Source of the DNA: Lachnospiraceae bacterium
Lineage (GTDB): Bacteria > Bacillota > Clostridia > Lachnospirales > Lachnospiraceae
DNA: 64,000 nt
Assembly: GCA_015057275.1 (NCBI GenBank)
Contig: SVEO01000008.1
Coordinates: 5,594 to 69,593, forward strand
Direction: 5' to 3'
In this document: positions 1-9,078 of the stretch, piece after piece
Numbering within the stretch: the stretch's first letter is position 1
How the letters are laid out: every line of letters starts with the position of its first letter
Made by a program: the position numbers and the translations under genes
The notes under the pieces: generated by a model
What the model saw: the letters and a program-made list of their open reading frames with translations, nothing else
What the model was told of the DNA's origin: nothing
The model's database searches: none

Positions 1-1
1 A

Positions 2-811
2 CTAGTGACGAAATACTGTGCAGAAAAACATGGCGGAATCACAAGAAAAGCAACGATATGGAACGCGGAAACGGCCAAGGGAAATGGTTATATTCCGGTA
101 AAAATGCACGATGCTAGACTGCAAGATGTGACACGCTATGGTGGAGTGACTGCAGTTTCTGTATCGGGATATTCTTTGGTGGAATATAGAGCAAATGGTG
201 CCTTGGAGAGAAGTTTAGAGTCAATTCCTGTGTATTTGGGACGTATTGATGATGTGGATGAAAAAATTTTAATTGCATATTTTTCAAAAATATTGCAAGA
301 AGAAAATCTGAAAAAGCAAATCACAGACGTTCGTATATGCAGAAAATTTATCCCAAGTGATTCATTGATTAAGTATAATGGATTTTATTATTATTTGGGT
401 GGAAAAAGTAATACTTCCATATGTATTACTAATGCTGTCGAATTGAAGATAGATTATGTTAAAATGAAGTATATAAAGCAAATAGAGAAAGCCTACACTA
501 CTTCCGAATATAGCAAAAAAGATAAGGATGGGTACGAAATTTTGACAAAGGAATGGAACTTCGATATCTATAAAACTATTTTAGAGAAATATGTAGATTC
601 GATATATAAATATCAGAAAGGGCCAGTACCAGGAATTATATTAAACAGCGCTAATATATTTAAGGAATTATCAGTAGAGCAGCAATGCTATATTTTGTTG
701 CAAATGATTAATTATTTAAAAGGTGGTGCTAGCGCAGATTTACAGTTACTTGGAGGGAAAAAGGAGTCGGGAAAGAATATTCTGTCATTAACATTTCAGG
801 AGGTGACTGCA
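2..811 (+). CDS. cas9: Cas9-like (type II CRISPR endonuclease) C-terminal / PAM-interacting region. The 5' end runs off the window. The 3' end appears truncated and has no stop codon of its own.
   Basis: The frame is open from the window edge. The motif order matches, by recall, the last third of type II-A Cas9: [18 protein letters not shown] vs SpCas9 [35 protein letters not shown] vs LPKYSLFELENGRKRML, and [20 protein letters not shown] vs LGAPAAFKYFDTTIDRKRY. The usual terminal QSxTGLYExxIDL segment is missing. The DNA is visibly AT-richer than the DNA after ~800. Confidence 0.55.
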
Positions 812-973
812 ATGAAGTATGTTTGCGATGTTTGTGGATGGATTTATGATGAGGAAGAGGGTGCGCCGGACATGGGCATTGAGCCGGGAACAAAATTTGA
901 AGATCTTCCGGACGATTTTTTATGTCCGTTATGTTCGGTAGGTAAAGATTTTTTTAGCGAGGTAGACGAATAA
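812..973 (+). CDS. Rubredoxin
   Basis: The 53-aa product has two Cys pairs ([13 protein letters not shown] ... [13 protein letters not shown]). AGGAGG at 798-803 lies 8 nt before ATG 812. The stop overlaps the next start (TAATG at 971-975). Confidence 0.9.
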   Translation: MKYVCDVCGWIYDEEEGAPDMGIEPGTKFEDLPDDFLCPLCSVGKDFFSEVDE

Positions 974-2082
974 TGGAGCAAAGAAAGGGTATCGCATTCG
1001 GCTTGCAGGAGCGATTGGCGTCAGGCAAGGAGTATTATGAAATTCGTCTGGAAAGTATCGGCGGGCTGGGCGCAAATTTATGTGGGAAAATGTTAGGTGA
1101 ATTGGGCGTTAGGTATTTGGATTTAAATAGCAGCAGCTTTTCCAGTTATGGCTCCGAGAAGACGGGCACGCCGGTCAAAGGCTTTATAAGATATTGTAAA
1201 AAAGACAAGGAAATCCGTGTACATTCACCGGTCATAGAGCCGGATTTACTGGTGATATTTCATCAGGCACTTTTAAAGGACAAATCGGTCTGGAAAGGGT
1301 GCACTCCGGAAACAGCAGTGATTATTGCTTTGGAACCAGGGCAAGAGCAGCCGGAAATAATGGGAGAACAATTTGGAACTTGTTACGGATTGGAAGCGCA
1401 GAGAATTGCTATGGAAACGCACTCAAGAATTAATGTGGTAATGCTTGGTGCAGCTTTAAAAGTCATGGGGATAGAGAAGCTGGCAGTTGGTGAGCAAATT
1501 TGTAAAGACACGCTCGGAAAGAAGTATCCGGATGCTCTAAAAGGTAATTTGGAAGGCATGAAAAGAGGGTATGAGGAAGTCAGAGAATTGCAGATAACCG
1601 TAAATCTGCAGCAGACGACAGGGCGAGGCAGTACCGAAACGTCCGAATGGGGTTATGCGACTGCACCCATTGGCGGCATCAATCCGAGGATTGGCAGTAC
1701 GGTAATCGCAGATTTATCGCCGTCCAGACAGGGGTACATTCCTCTTTTCATTAAGGAGAGATGTATCAACTGCGGACTGTGTCATTCGACTTGCCCGGAT
1801 ATGGTATTTCAGTTTGCAAAAGGTGAATATAAAGGCCGGGAGATGATGGTGAATCAGGGCTTAGATTATTACCACTGCAAAGGCTGCCTGCGCTGCGTGG
1901 ATGTCTGTCCGGTCGAAGCACTTGTGACAGGCGTTGAGGCTGAGCATGCCAACAAAGAGTATTTTATGCCGAATCAGGAGCTTTTGCGGATGCCGGAATA
2001 TTATGAAGAGGCAGGGCCGGATGGTTATATTACGTCGGAATCTTATTTGACAGAGAAGCGAATGGAAGGAGGAGAGGTATAA
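973..2082 (+). CDS. 2-oxoacid (pyruvate-type):ferredoxin oxidoreductase, fused gamma + delta (2x[4Fe-4S]) subunit
   Basis: The N-terminal domain is POR-gamma-like. The C-terminal part carries two ferredoxin motifs, CINCGLCHSTCP and CKGCLRCVDVCP. It is translationally coupled on both sides by TAATG overlaps. Confidence 0.8.
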   Translation: MEQRKGIAFGLQERLASGKEYYEIRLESIGGLGANLCGKMLGELGVRYLDLNSSSFSSYGSEKTGTPVKGFIRYCKKDKEIRVHSPVIEPDLLVIFHQALLKDKSVWKGCTPETAVIIALEPGQEQPEIMGEQFGTCYGLEAQRIAMETHSRINVVMLGAALKVMGIEKLAVGEQICKDTLGKKYPDALKGNLEGMKRGYEEVRELQITVNLQQTTGRGSTETSEWGYATAPIGGINPRIGSTVIADLSPSRQGYIPLFIKERCINCGLCHSTCPDMVFQFAKGEYKGREMMVNQGLDYYHCKGCLRCVDVCPVEALVTGVEAEHANKEYFMPNQELLRMPEYYEEAGPDGYITSESYLTEKRMEGGEV

Positions 2083-4259
2083 TGAAAAATCAAGTGATGG
2101 AATACGCTTCCGGAAATGAAATGGCTGCAATTGCTGTAAAGCAGATTGGCTATGATTTGATGGGTTATTATCCGATTACTCCTTCGACGCAGATTGCTGA
2201 AAATTTAGATATTATGCGTGCCAACGGAGAAACAGATTTAGTTATGATAGCGGCTGAAGGGGAGCATAGTGCGGCCGGCATTTGCTATGGTGCATCAGTG
2301 GCTGGCGGTCGTGTGATAAACGCCACGAGCGCCAATGGACTTCTCTATGCGATAGAACAGTTTCCGGTACAATCCGGCACCCGGTATCCGATGGTAATGA
2401 ATGTGGTGTGTCGAACAGTTTCGGGCCCATTGTCTATTAAAGGCGACCACAGTGATATTATGTACATTTTAAATGCAGGCTGGCCGATTTTATTTGCCAG
2501 CACGGTGCAGCAGGTATACGATTTTAATATTATTGCCTTAAAATTAGCAGAGCAGGTAAGGCTTCCGGTGGTGGTGGCTTACGATGGATTTTTTACCAGC
2601 CATCAAAAAGGGCGTTGTTATCGTTTCGCTGATGATGAGACTGTCCGAGAATATATTGGAGCAAAGCAGGAGGAATATCCATTTCTGGATTTTGAACATC
2701 CAATTACAGTAGGCTCTTATATGAATGAGCCGGATATTATTAATAACCGATATCAGCTGCATTTGGCCATGGAAGAGGCTGACCGTTTACTGCCGCAACT
2801 ATTTGCGTCTTATGAAAAGATTTCCGGAAGAGGGTATGGTAAGGTGGAAGGAACTGGCTGTGAGGATGCTCAAAATGTGTTGGTTCTTTTAGGTTCCTCA
2901 TATGATACGTCTATGGATGCGGTAGAGGAAATGCGAAAAGACGGGAAAAAGGTAGGTGCAGCGACATTACATGTGCTTCGTCCTTTCCCGGGAAAAGAGC
3001 TGTTTGAACTGTTTGGTCAGGCGGAAAACATTTTGGTGGCAGATCGACAGGACAGCTATGGCGCAGGCGGTGGAAACTTGTCGTTAGAGGTGCGTGCCGC
3101 CATGCAGAAGTATGGCAGTCAGGCAAAGATGAAAAGTCTGGTTTATGGCTTAGGTGGTAAGGATTTCTTCAAGAATGATGCAAAGACGATGCTGAATTGG
3201 GCGGCGGATTCTTCGAAGCCTGATTTTGATTATTATGGTGTGACACCGGGAGAAGGCTTGAATGTAGCAGATGAGCCATTATTTACACCTGTCAAGAGCG
3301 GTATAAAGGTAACCGGCGGCAGCTTAAATGCGTCTACTGCCATGCCGGGACGCATCGCGCCGGGGCATGGAGCTTGTCCGGGCTGCGGCATTCCGGTAAA
3401 CTTAAATCTACTCCTAAGAGGAATTGAAGATCCGGTTGTGTTCTTGTTCCAGACCGGCTGTGCGATGATTGTGACGACGGCATACCCAAGGACAAGCTTT
3501 AAAGTTCCGTATCTTCATAATTTATTTCAAAATGGTGCCGCTACCTTAAGCGGTGTGGCGGAAATTTGCTATCGTAAACAGCAAAAAGGAGAAATTCCGC
3601 CGGGAGATATCGTCTTCGTTATGGTTAGTGGAGACGGCGGTATGGATATTGGCATGGGTTCTGCACTTGGCACGGCACTGCGCGGCCACAGACTGCTCAT
3701 CTTCGAATATGATAACGGCGGATATATGAACACAGGTTATCAGCTTTCTTATTCTACGCCATTAGGCGCTAGAAGTTCGACTTCTCATGTAGGAAAAGAG
3801 CAATATGGTAAGACATTTTTCCACAAAGATATGCCGGGAATTATGGCGGCCACAGGAATTCCGTATGTGGCAACCGTGGCAGAATCCAATCCTGTGGATT
3901 TCATGAAAAAGGCAGCGAAGGCAGCGCATTATGCAAAGACGACCGGAACCGCCTATGTCAAGGCAATTTCCGCTTGCCCGTTAAACTGGAACGACAAGCC
4001 GGCGACCGAGCGAAAGGTCATTGAAGCCGCTGTCAACTGTTGTTATTTCCCATTGTACGAAGTTGAACAAGGTGTGACCAGACTTTCTTATGACCCGGAA
4101 AAGACCGGAAAGAAAATTCCGGTGCTGGACTGGCTTTCTATGATGGGAAGAACTAAGCATCTGCAGAAAGAAGAGTACCGACAAGTGGCAGAACGGTTGC
4201 AACAGGAAATTGATGCAAGATTTTACAAGTTAAAAATGAGAGCGGAGGGAAATCGTTAA
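2082..4259 (+). CDS. 2-oxoacid:ferredoxin oxidoreductase, fused alpha + beta (TPP-binding) subunit
   Basis: The N-terminal half is POR-alpha-like (YPITPSTQI). The C-terminal half has the TPP-binding GDGG motif (VSGDGGMDIG) and cluster Cys residues (GACPGCG). Confidence 0.8.
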   Translation: MKNQVMEYASGNEMAAIAVKQIGYDLMGYYPITPSTQIAENLDIMRANGETDLVMIAAEGEHSAAGICYGASVAGGRVINATSANGLLYAIEQFPVQSGTRYPMVMNVVCRTVSGPLSIKGDHSDIMYILNAGWPILFASTVQQVYDFNIIALKLAEQVRLPVVVAYDGFFTSHQKGRCYRFADDETVREYIGAKQEEYPFLDFEHPITVGSYMNEPDIINNRYQLHLAMEEADRLLPQLFASYEKISGRGYGKVEGTGCEDAQNVLVLLGSSYDTSMDAVEEMRKDGKKVGAATLHVLRPFPGKELFELFGQAENILVADRQDSYGAGGGNLSLEVRAAMQKYGSQAKMKSLVYGLGGKDFFKNDAKTMLNWAADSSKPDFDYYGVTPGEGLNVADEPLFTPVKSGIKVTGGSLNASTAMPGRIAPGHGACPGCGIPVNLNLLLRGIEDPVVFLFQTGCAMIVTTAYPRTSFKVPYLHNLFQNGAATLSGVAEICYRKQQKGEIPPGDIVFVMVSGDGGMDIGMGSALGTALRGHRLLIFEYDNGGYMNTGYQLSYSTPLGARSSTSHVGKEQYGKTFFHKDMPGIMAATGIPYVATVAESNPVDFMKKAAKAAHYAKTTGTAYVKAISACPLNWNDKPATERKVIEAAVNCCYFPLYEVEQGVTRLSYDPEKTGKKIPVLDWLSMMGRTKHLQKEEYRQVAERLQQEIDARFYKLKMRAEGNR

Positions 4260-4423
4260 GCCGGTTTTTGCAAAAAGTAGGCAGTGGTCTGTGATAATGT
4301 CATAGGCTGCTGCTTATTTTTTTCGCAGAATTCAATTGTACTTCATACGGACGCGTGGTAGAATAGAATTCTAACGAGGGAATCGATAGAAGGTAGGAAA
4401 AATGCCGGAGGTGGCTCTGAAAT

Positions 4424-5044
4424 ATGAATATTACACAATGGACGGAAAGAGTACACAACAGAGCCGATATCGTGACACGGCTTACGCATCTGACAAGAGC
4501 AACTGAATCCATGGATGCTTTGGAGGTGTTAGTAAAAATTCTTGAGGATAAAAGGCTAATCGGAAGCACGACGCAGTCGGGCTATATTGTTGGAAATACA
4601 CCGGCAGTATGCCTTCAAGAAACACCATTAGAAGCTCTGGCCGCACATATACGATATGAGAATGAATCGTTTGGGCAGATTGATAAGTGCGATGTAAGAT
4701 ATTCGGGAATCGGAATCCGATTTAACAAGGTCTTTGTTTACAGAAGCGGCGGCCGACCGGTGATATATGATAAAACAGAATATCTGAAATCTATTTTACC
4801 GGAAGAACAGTATTGGAGAATTGTAAATTTTGATTTGGATAACAATGAAAATTGCATAGATTGGACGCATGAGCGGGAATGGAGAGTACCGAACGAATTG
4901 GTGTTTGATTACGATAAAATTGAATTGATATTTCCGACCGACGAGGTGTACCGAAGATTTGTATCCTACTGCGAAGAGAATAATAAAATACATATCATGA
5001 AAGAAATACATGGAATTTTGATTTTGTCAAGTATTGTGAGTTAG
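4424..5044 (+). CDS. Hypothetical protein, AbiGi-like (abortive-infection family) architecture
   Basis: The layout recalls the AbiGi family: an N-terminal helper region, PAVCLQETPL, GIGIRFNKVFVYRSGGRPVIYD, and a late HEREWRVP motif. This is based on recall only, and no partner AbiGii-like gene is present. Confidence 0.35.
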   Translation: MNITQWTERVHNRADIVTRLTHLTRATESMDALEVLVKILEDKRLIGSTTQSGYIVGNTPAVCLQETPLEALAAHIRYENESFGQIDKCDVRYSGIGIRFNKVFVYRSGGRPVIYDKTEYLKSILPEEQYWRIVNFDLDNNENCIDWTHEREWRVPNELVFDYDKIELIFPTDEVYRRFVSYCEENNKIHIMKEIHGILILSSIVS

Positions 5045-5055
5045 GAGGTTTGGGA

Positions 5056-5520
5056 ATGATAAAAGTATTATTCATCTGCCACGGCAACATCTGTCGTTCC
5101 CCGATGGCAGAATTCGTCATGAAAGATATGGTGCGAAAAATCGGCTTGGAGAAGGAGTTCTACATAGCTTCCGCGGCGACCAGCACGGAGGAAATCGATA
5201 ACGACATTCATTACGGCACGCGCAGAAAATTGCGTGAAGTGGGCATTCCGACGTCGCCAAGGCGCGCGGTACAGTTGACAAAAGCGGACTATATGCGATA
5301 TGATTATCTCATAGCGATGGACTCGTGGAATGTGCGCAATATTTTGCGGATAGTCGGCGCAGACCCGCAGAAGAAGGTGTCGTTGCTGCTTGAGTTTGCA
5401 GGGTTACACCGTGATATCGCAGACCCGTGGTACACCGGAAATTTTGATGCCACCTACGATGATGTTTGCAAGGGATGTCAAGCGCTGCTTGAACAGATTT
5501 TGGCAGGGAACATGGAGTAA
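5056..5520 (+). CDS. Low-molecular-weight protein-tyrosine phosphatase
   Basis: It has the CX5R(S) P-loop LFICHGNICRSPMAE and the catalytic Asp context DIADPWY. AGGAGG at 5043-5048 favours ATG 5056 over the TTG at 5050. Confidence 0.9.
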   Translation: MIKVLFICHGNICRSPMAEFVMKDMVRKIGLEKEFYIASAATSTEEIDNDIHYGTRRKLREVGIPTSPRRAVQLTKADYMRYDYLIAMDSWNVRNILRIVGADPQKKVSLLLEFAGLHRDIADPWYTGNFDATYDDVCKGCQALLEQILAGNME

Positions 5521-5532
5521 ATAAGTGCAGTT

Positions 5533-6192
5533 ATGAACATGTCGATACAAAGGATTCTTGATATGCTTACGAAGAATGGGGAGCAGCTCTCCGGAGAGGA
5601 GAGGGTTCTGTTAGAGGATGCCTACGCGTTTGCAGCGAAGGCCCACGAGGGAATGGTGCGCAAAGGCACGGCGTTGCCGTACATCGTGCATCCGATGGAG
5701 ACAGCAGAGCTAGTGGCACAGCTGACTGACGATGTAAAGGTGATTGCGGCCGCGGTGTTACACGACGTGATTGAGGATTGCGGTGTGACGAAGGACAAGC
5801 TGGAGCTGATTTTCGGCAGGCGTGTCGCGCAGCTTGTGGCCGATGAGAGTGAGGATAAGCGACCGCATATGTCGAAGGAAGCATCATGGAAGATTCGCAA
5901 AGAAGAGACGCTGGCGCATATTGCGTCTGGTTCGCGGCAACAGCGCATCATTGCAATGTGTGACAAGATTTCCAACCTTCGCAGCACGCGCAACGACTAC
6001 TTGAAAATGGGTGATGACGTGTGGCTGCGTTTTAATCAGAAGGATAAAAAGATGCATGCCTGGTATTATTGGAGCATTGCCAAGTTGACAGAGGAAGAGT
6101 TCGGACACACAGCGCTCTGGCAGGAGTTCGTCGGCATGTGTATGCAGGTGTACGGCTCGCCGGATGGCTATGATTGGGAACTGCCGGCATAA
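5533..6192 (+). CDS. HD-domain phosphohydrolase (RelA/SpoT-type (p)ppGpp hydrolase-like)
   Basis: Motifs YIVHPMETA and AAVLHDVIEDCGV match the SpoT hydrolase-type HD domain. Confidence 0.75.
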   Translation: MNMSIQRILDMLTKNGEQLSGEERVLLEDAYAFAAKAHEGMVRKGTALPYIVHPMETAELVAQLTDDVKVIAAAVLHDVIEDCGVTKDKLELIFGRRVAQLVADESEDKRPHMSKEASWKIRKEETLAHIASGSRQQRIIAMCDKISNLRSTRNDYLKMGDDVWLRFNQKDKKMHAWYYWSIAKLTEEEFGHTALWQEFVGMCMQVYGSPDGYDWELPA

Positions 6193-6204
6193 CATTAAAA
6201 ATAA

Positions 6205-6240
6205 GAGGATGAAAATCATTGCGATTTTCATCCTCATTTT
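6205..6240. terminator. Bidirectional intrinsic terminator between convergent genes
   Basis: A perfect 13-bp stem (GAGGATGAAAATC / GATTTTCATCCTC) has a 5-nt loop, with an A-run before it and a T-run after it. Confidence 0.8.
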
Positions 6241-6265
6241 TATGCTCAGAGTTGCAAAAAGGTAG

Positions 6266-7372
6266 TTATTTCTTCGTATAAAACTCAATCACGCGGTCGG
6301 CCCTGGCACTCATACCTACAAGTAGCATATCCAACAGCACGATGGCGGTCATCGCCTCCACGACAACCACGGCGCGTGGCACGATAATCGGATCGTGACG
6401 GCCTTTAATCTGCAGCATCATATCTTCGTGTTCGCGGGAAACGGTCTGCTGCTCAGAGAAAATCGACGGGGTCGGCTTAATCGCCGCACGCAGGAACAAA
6501 TCGGAACCATCGCTGATGCCGCCCAAGATGCCGCCGGCATGATTCGTGAGTTTTGTGACCTTGCCGTTTTTCATTGCAAAAGCATCGTTATTGGCAGAAC
6601 CGAAAGCGGTAGCAGCGGAAAATCCGTCGCCGATTTCCACGCCTTTTACAGCGCCAATCGAGAAAATCGCTTTTGACAAATTCGCATCCAGCTTTTCAAA
6701 CACCGGCTCGCCGATGCCTGTCGGTAATCCGGTTACGGAGCAGGCAATCACTCCACCGACTGAATCATAGTTTGCCATCTGCTCGGCTACAAGCTTGGCA
6801 GCTTCCTCAGCCGCCGTCGCATCCGGCATGTTCAGTGGATTTGTGTCGCGAGCTTCCTTATCATCAAATCGCGCAGCATCAATCTTCACATCGCCGATGC
6901 TCTCGGTGTAAGCATAAACTTCAATGCCCATCTGGTAAAGCAGCTTGGCGGCAATTGCACCGGCAGCCACTCGGGCAATCGTCTCGCGCCCGGAGGAGCG
7001 TCCGCCCCCACGGTAGTCGCGAAAACCGTATTTTTCATCAAATGTGTAATCTGCATGACCCGGGCGGTAGCAGCGGGCAATCTCGCCGTAATCCCCCGAA
7101 CGCTGCGTCTTGTTATAAACGACCATCGAAATCGGTGTGCCGGTTGTCTTGCCCTCAAACACGCCGGACAAAATCTCCACGGCATCATCCTCTTTGCGTG
7201 GGGTTGAAAACTTCGACTGCCCAGGCTTTCTTCTATTTAAATAAACCTGAATGTCATCTTCACACAGTGCCAGGCCTGCCGGACAACCGTCCACAACGAC
7301 GCCGATGCCCTTGCCGTGTGACTCGCCCCAGGTTGATATTTTAAAAATGGTACCAAAAACTGAACCGGCCAT
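6266..7372 (-). CDS. aroC: Chorismate synthase
   Basis: The N-terminus is FGTIFKISTWGESHGKGIGVVVDGCPAG, with later motifs GGGRSSGRET and KGRHDP. Confidence 0.95.
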   Translation of the reverse strand: MAGSVFGTIFKISTWGESHGKGIGVVVDGCPAGLALCEDDIQVYLNRRKPGQSKFSTPRKEDDAVEILSGVFEGKTTGTPISMVVYNKTQRSGDYGEIARCYRPGHADYTFDEKYGFRDYRGGGRSSGRETIARVAAGAIAAKLLYQMGIEVYAYTESIGDVKIDAARFDDKEARDTNPLNMPDATAAEEAAKLVAEQMANYDSVGGVIACSVTGLPTGIGEPVFEKLDANLSKAIFSIGAVKGVEIGDGFSAATAFGSANNDAFAMKNGKVTKLTNHAGGILGGISDGSDLFLRAAIKPTPSIFSEQQTVSREHEDMMLQIKGRHDPIIVPRAVVVVEAMTAIVLLDMLLVGMSARADRVIEFYTKK

Positions 7373-7458
7373 TTCAAAACCTCCGTAATTTCCAATCTGT
7401 TATTAAGAATAGCATAGATACTTTCAGAATACAATTAAAAATTCATACAAATTTCCCC

Positions 7459-7487
7459 TTGATAAATTACACATTACCCCCTATAAT
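7459..7487 (+). promoter_or_regulatory. Sigma-A type promoter for tgt
   Basis: TTGATA (7459-7464), a 17-nt spacer, then TATAAT (7482-7487). Confidence 0.5.
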
Positions 7488-7545
7488 GGATAGGTATTAC
7501 TAAAAATAGGGGAAATTTTACCCTTTTCAACGGAATGAGGAGAAA

Positions 7546-8676
7546 ATGTATCGAATTATTGCAACCGAAGGACGCGCGAAACGCGCTGAATTTCACACCG
7601 TCCATGGGGTGATTCAGACACCGGTGTTTATGAACGTGGGAACGATTGCGGCGATTAAGGGCGCAGTATCCACGGAAGATTTACAGCAAATTGGCACCCA
7701 GGTGGAGTTGTCAAACACATATCACCTGCATGTGCGACCGGGCGACCAGATTGTCAAGCAGCTCGGCGGTCTGCACAAATTTATGGTGTGGGACAAACCG
7801 ATTCTTACCGACTCCGGTGGCTTCCAGGTTTTTTCACTGGCGGGCCTGCGCAAGATTAAGGAAGAAGGCGTTTACTTTAATTCACACATTGACGGCAGGA
7901 AAATCTTTATGGGACCGGAGCAAAGCATGCAGATTCAGTCGAATCTGGCATCGACGATTGCGATGGCATTTGATGAGTGCCCACCGCATCCGGCGACAAG
8001 AGAGTATATGAAAAACAGTGTCGACCGCACCACACGCTGGTTGGCACGTTGTAAGACCGAGATGGCACGCTTAAACAGCTTGGAGGATACGATTAATAAA
8101 AATCAGCTCCTTTTCGGCATCAATCAAGGCGGCACGTTCGAGGATATCCGCATCGCGCACGCGAAGACGATTTCCGAGATGGACCTCGACGGATACGCAC
8201 TCGGCGGTCTGGCCGTCGGTGAGAGCCATGAGGAGATGTACCGCATCCTCGAGGAAACAGTACCGCATCTTCCGCAGAACAAACCAACATATCTGATGGG
8301 GGTAGGTACACCGGCGAATATTTTGGAGGCAGTAGAGCGTGGCGTCGACTTCTTTGACTGTGTTTACCCGAGCCGTAACGGTCGCCACGGTCATGTATAT
8401 ACGAATTTCGGCAAGCTCAATTTGTTCAACAAGCAGTATGAGTTAGACGAACGCCCGATTGAAGAGGGGTGCGGTTGTCCGGCATGCCGTACCTACAGCA
8501 GAGCGTATATCCGCCACTTATTAAAGGCCGGCGAGATGCTTGGCATGCGCCTTTGCGTACTGCACAATCTCTATTTCTACAATCACATGATGGAAGAAAT
8601 CAGAGAGGCCATCGAGCAAGGCAGATTTGCTGTCTATAAGAAAGAAAAGCTGGCATCGATGTCCGGCGGAAAGTAG
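7546..8676 (+). CDS. tgt: Queuine tRNA-ribosyltransferase (tRNA-guanine transglycosylase)
   Basis: Motifs are TDSGGFQVFSL, GLAVGE, and the zinc site CGCPACRTYSRAYIRHL. Confidence 0.95.
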   Translation: MYRIIATEGRAKRAEFHTVHGVIQTPVFMNVGTIAAIKGAVSTEDLQQIGTQVELSNTYHLHVRPGDQIVKQLGGLHKFMVWDKPILTDSGGFQVFSLAGLRKIKEEGVYFNSHIDGRKIFMGPEQSMQIQSNLASTIAMAFDECPPHPATREYMKNSVDRTTRWLARCKTEMARLNSLEDTINKNQLLFGINQGGTFEDIRIAHAKTISEMDLDGYALGGLAVGESHEEMYRILEETVPHLPQNKPTYLMGVGTPANILEAVERGVDFFDCVYPSRNGRHGHVYTNFGKLNLFNKQYELDERPIEEGCGCPACRTYSRAYIRHLLKAGEMLGMRLCVLHNLYFYNHMMEEIREAIEQGRFAVYKKEKLASMSGGK

Positions 8677-8738
8677 AAAGTAATTAGGAAAAAAGAATTC
8701 TATATTCTTTGCATATTTAGAAAACGGAGGAATTTAAT

Positions 8739-9047
8739 ATGACAGATTTATTATTAGTTGCAACAGGCAACGGCACAGGAAACATTCTTTGGATTGTTGG
8801 TTATATCGCATTTTTTGCACTGCTTATGTACTTCATGGCAATCCGTCCGCAGAAGAAGCGTGAACAGCAGCAGAAAGCCATGCTTGAAAAGTTAGAAGCA
8901 GGCGATGCAGTATTAACAACCGCAGGTTTTTACGGCGTAGTTATCGATATCACAGAAGATACGGTAATCGTTGAATTCGGTAACAACAAGAACTGTCGTA
9001 TCCCAATGCAGAAGGCAGCGATCGTAGAAGTAGAAAAGGCTGAATAA
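8739..9047 (+). CDS. yajC: Preprotein translocase subunit YajC
   Basis: It has a single TM segment followed by RPQKKREQQ and GDAVLTTAGFYGVV, the typical YajC pattern. It follows tgt, as in many bacteria. Confidence 0.85.
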   Translation: MTDLLLVATGNGTGNILWIVGYIAFFALLMYFMAIRPQKKREQQQKAMLEKLEAGDAVLTTAGFYGVVIDITEDTVIVEFGNNKNCRIPMQKAAIVEVEKAE

Positions 9048-9078
9048 TCTGGAATAATGCAGGGAAGGAAGCGAAAAT

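Noticed and set aside
4300-4569. An 89-aa minus-strand ORF overlapping the start of the AbiGi-like gene.
   Set aside because: It has no RBS and a hydrophobic low-information translation. It overlaps a better-supported plus-strand gene and its upstream region.
6395-7344. Long antisense or alternate-frame ORFs inside aroC (e.g. 6673-7344 +, 223 aa).
   Set aside because: Their translations are Arg/Pro/Ser-rich nonsense, typical of the antisense of a GC-richer gene. The aroC frame has unmistakable family motifs.
7488-7545. A possible preQ1-type riboswitch upstream of tgt (AGGGGAAATTTTACCCTTTTCAAC).
   Set aside because: I could not find the conserved preQ1-I loop or the A-rich tail consensus. 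The segment is short, and preQ1 riboswitches normally control que biosynthesis or transport genes rather than tgt.
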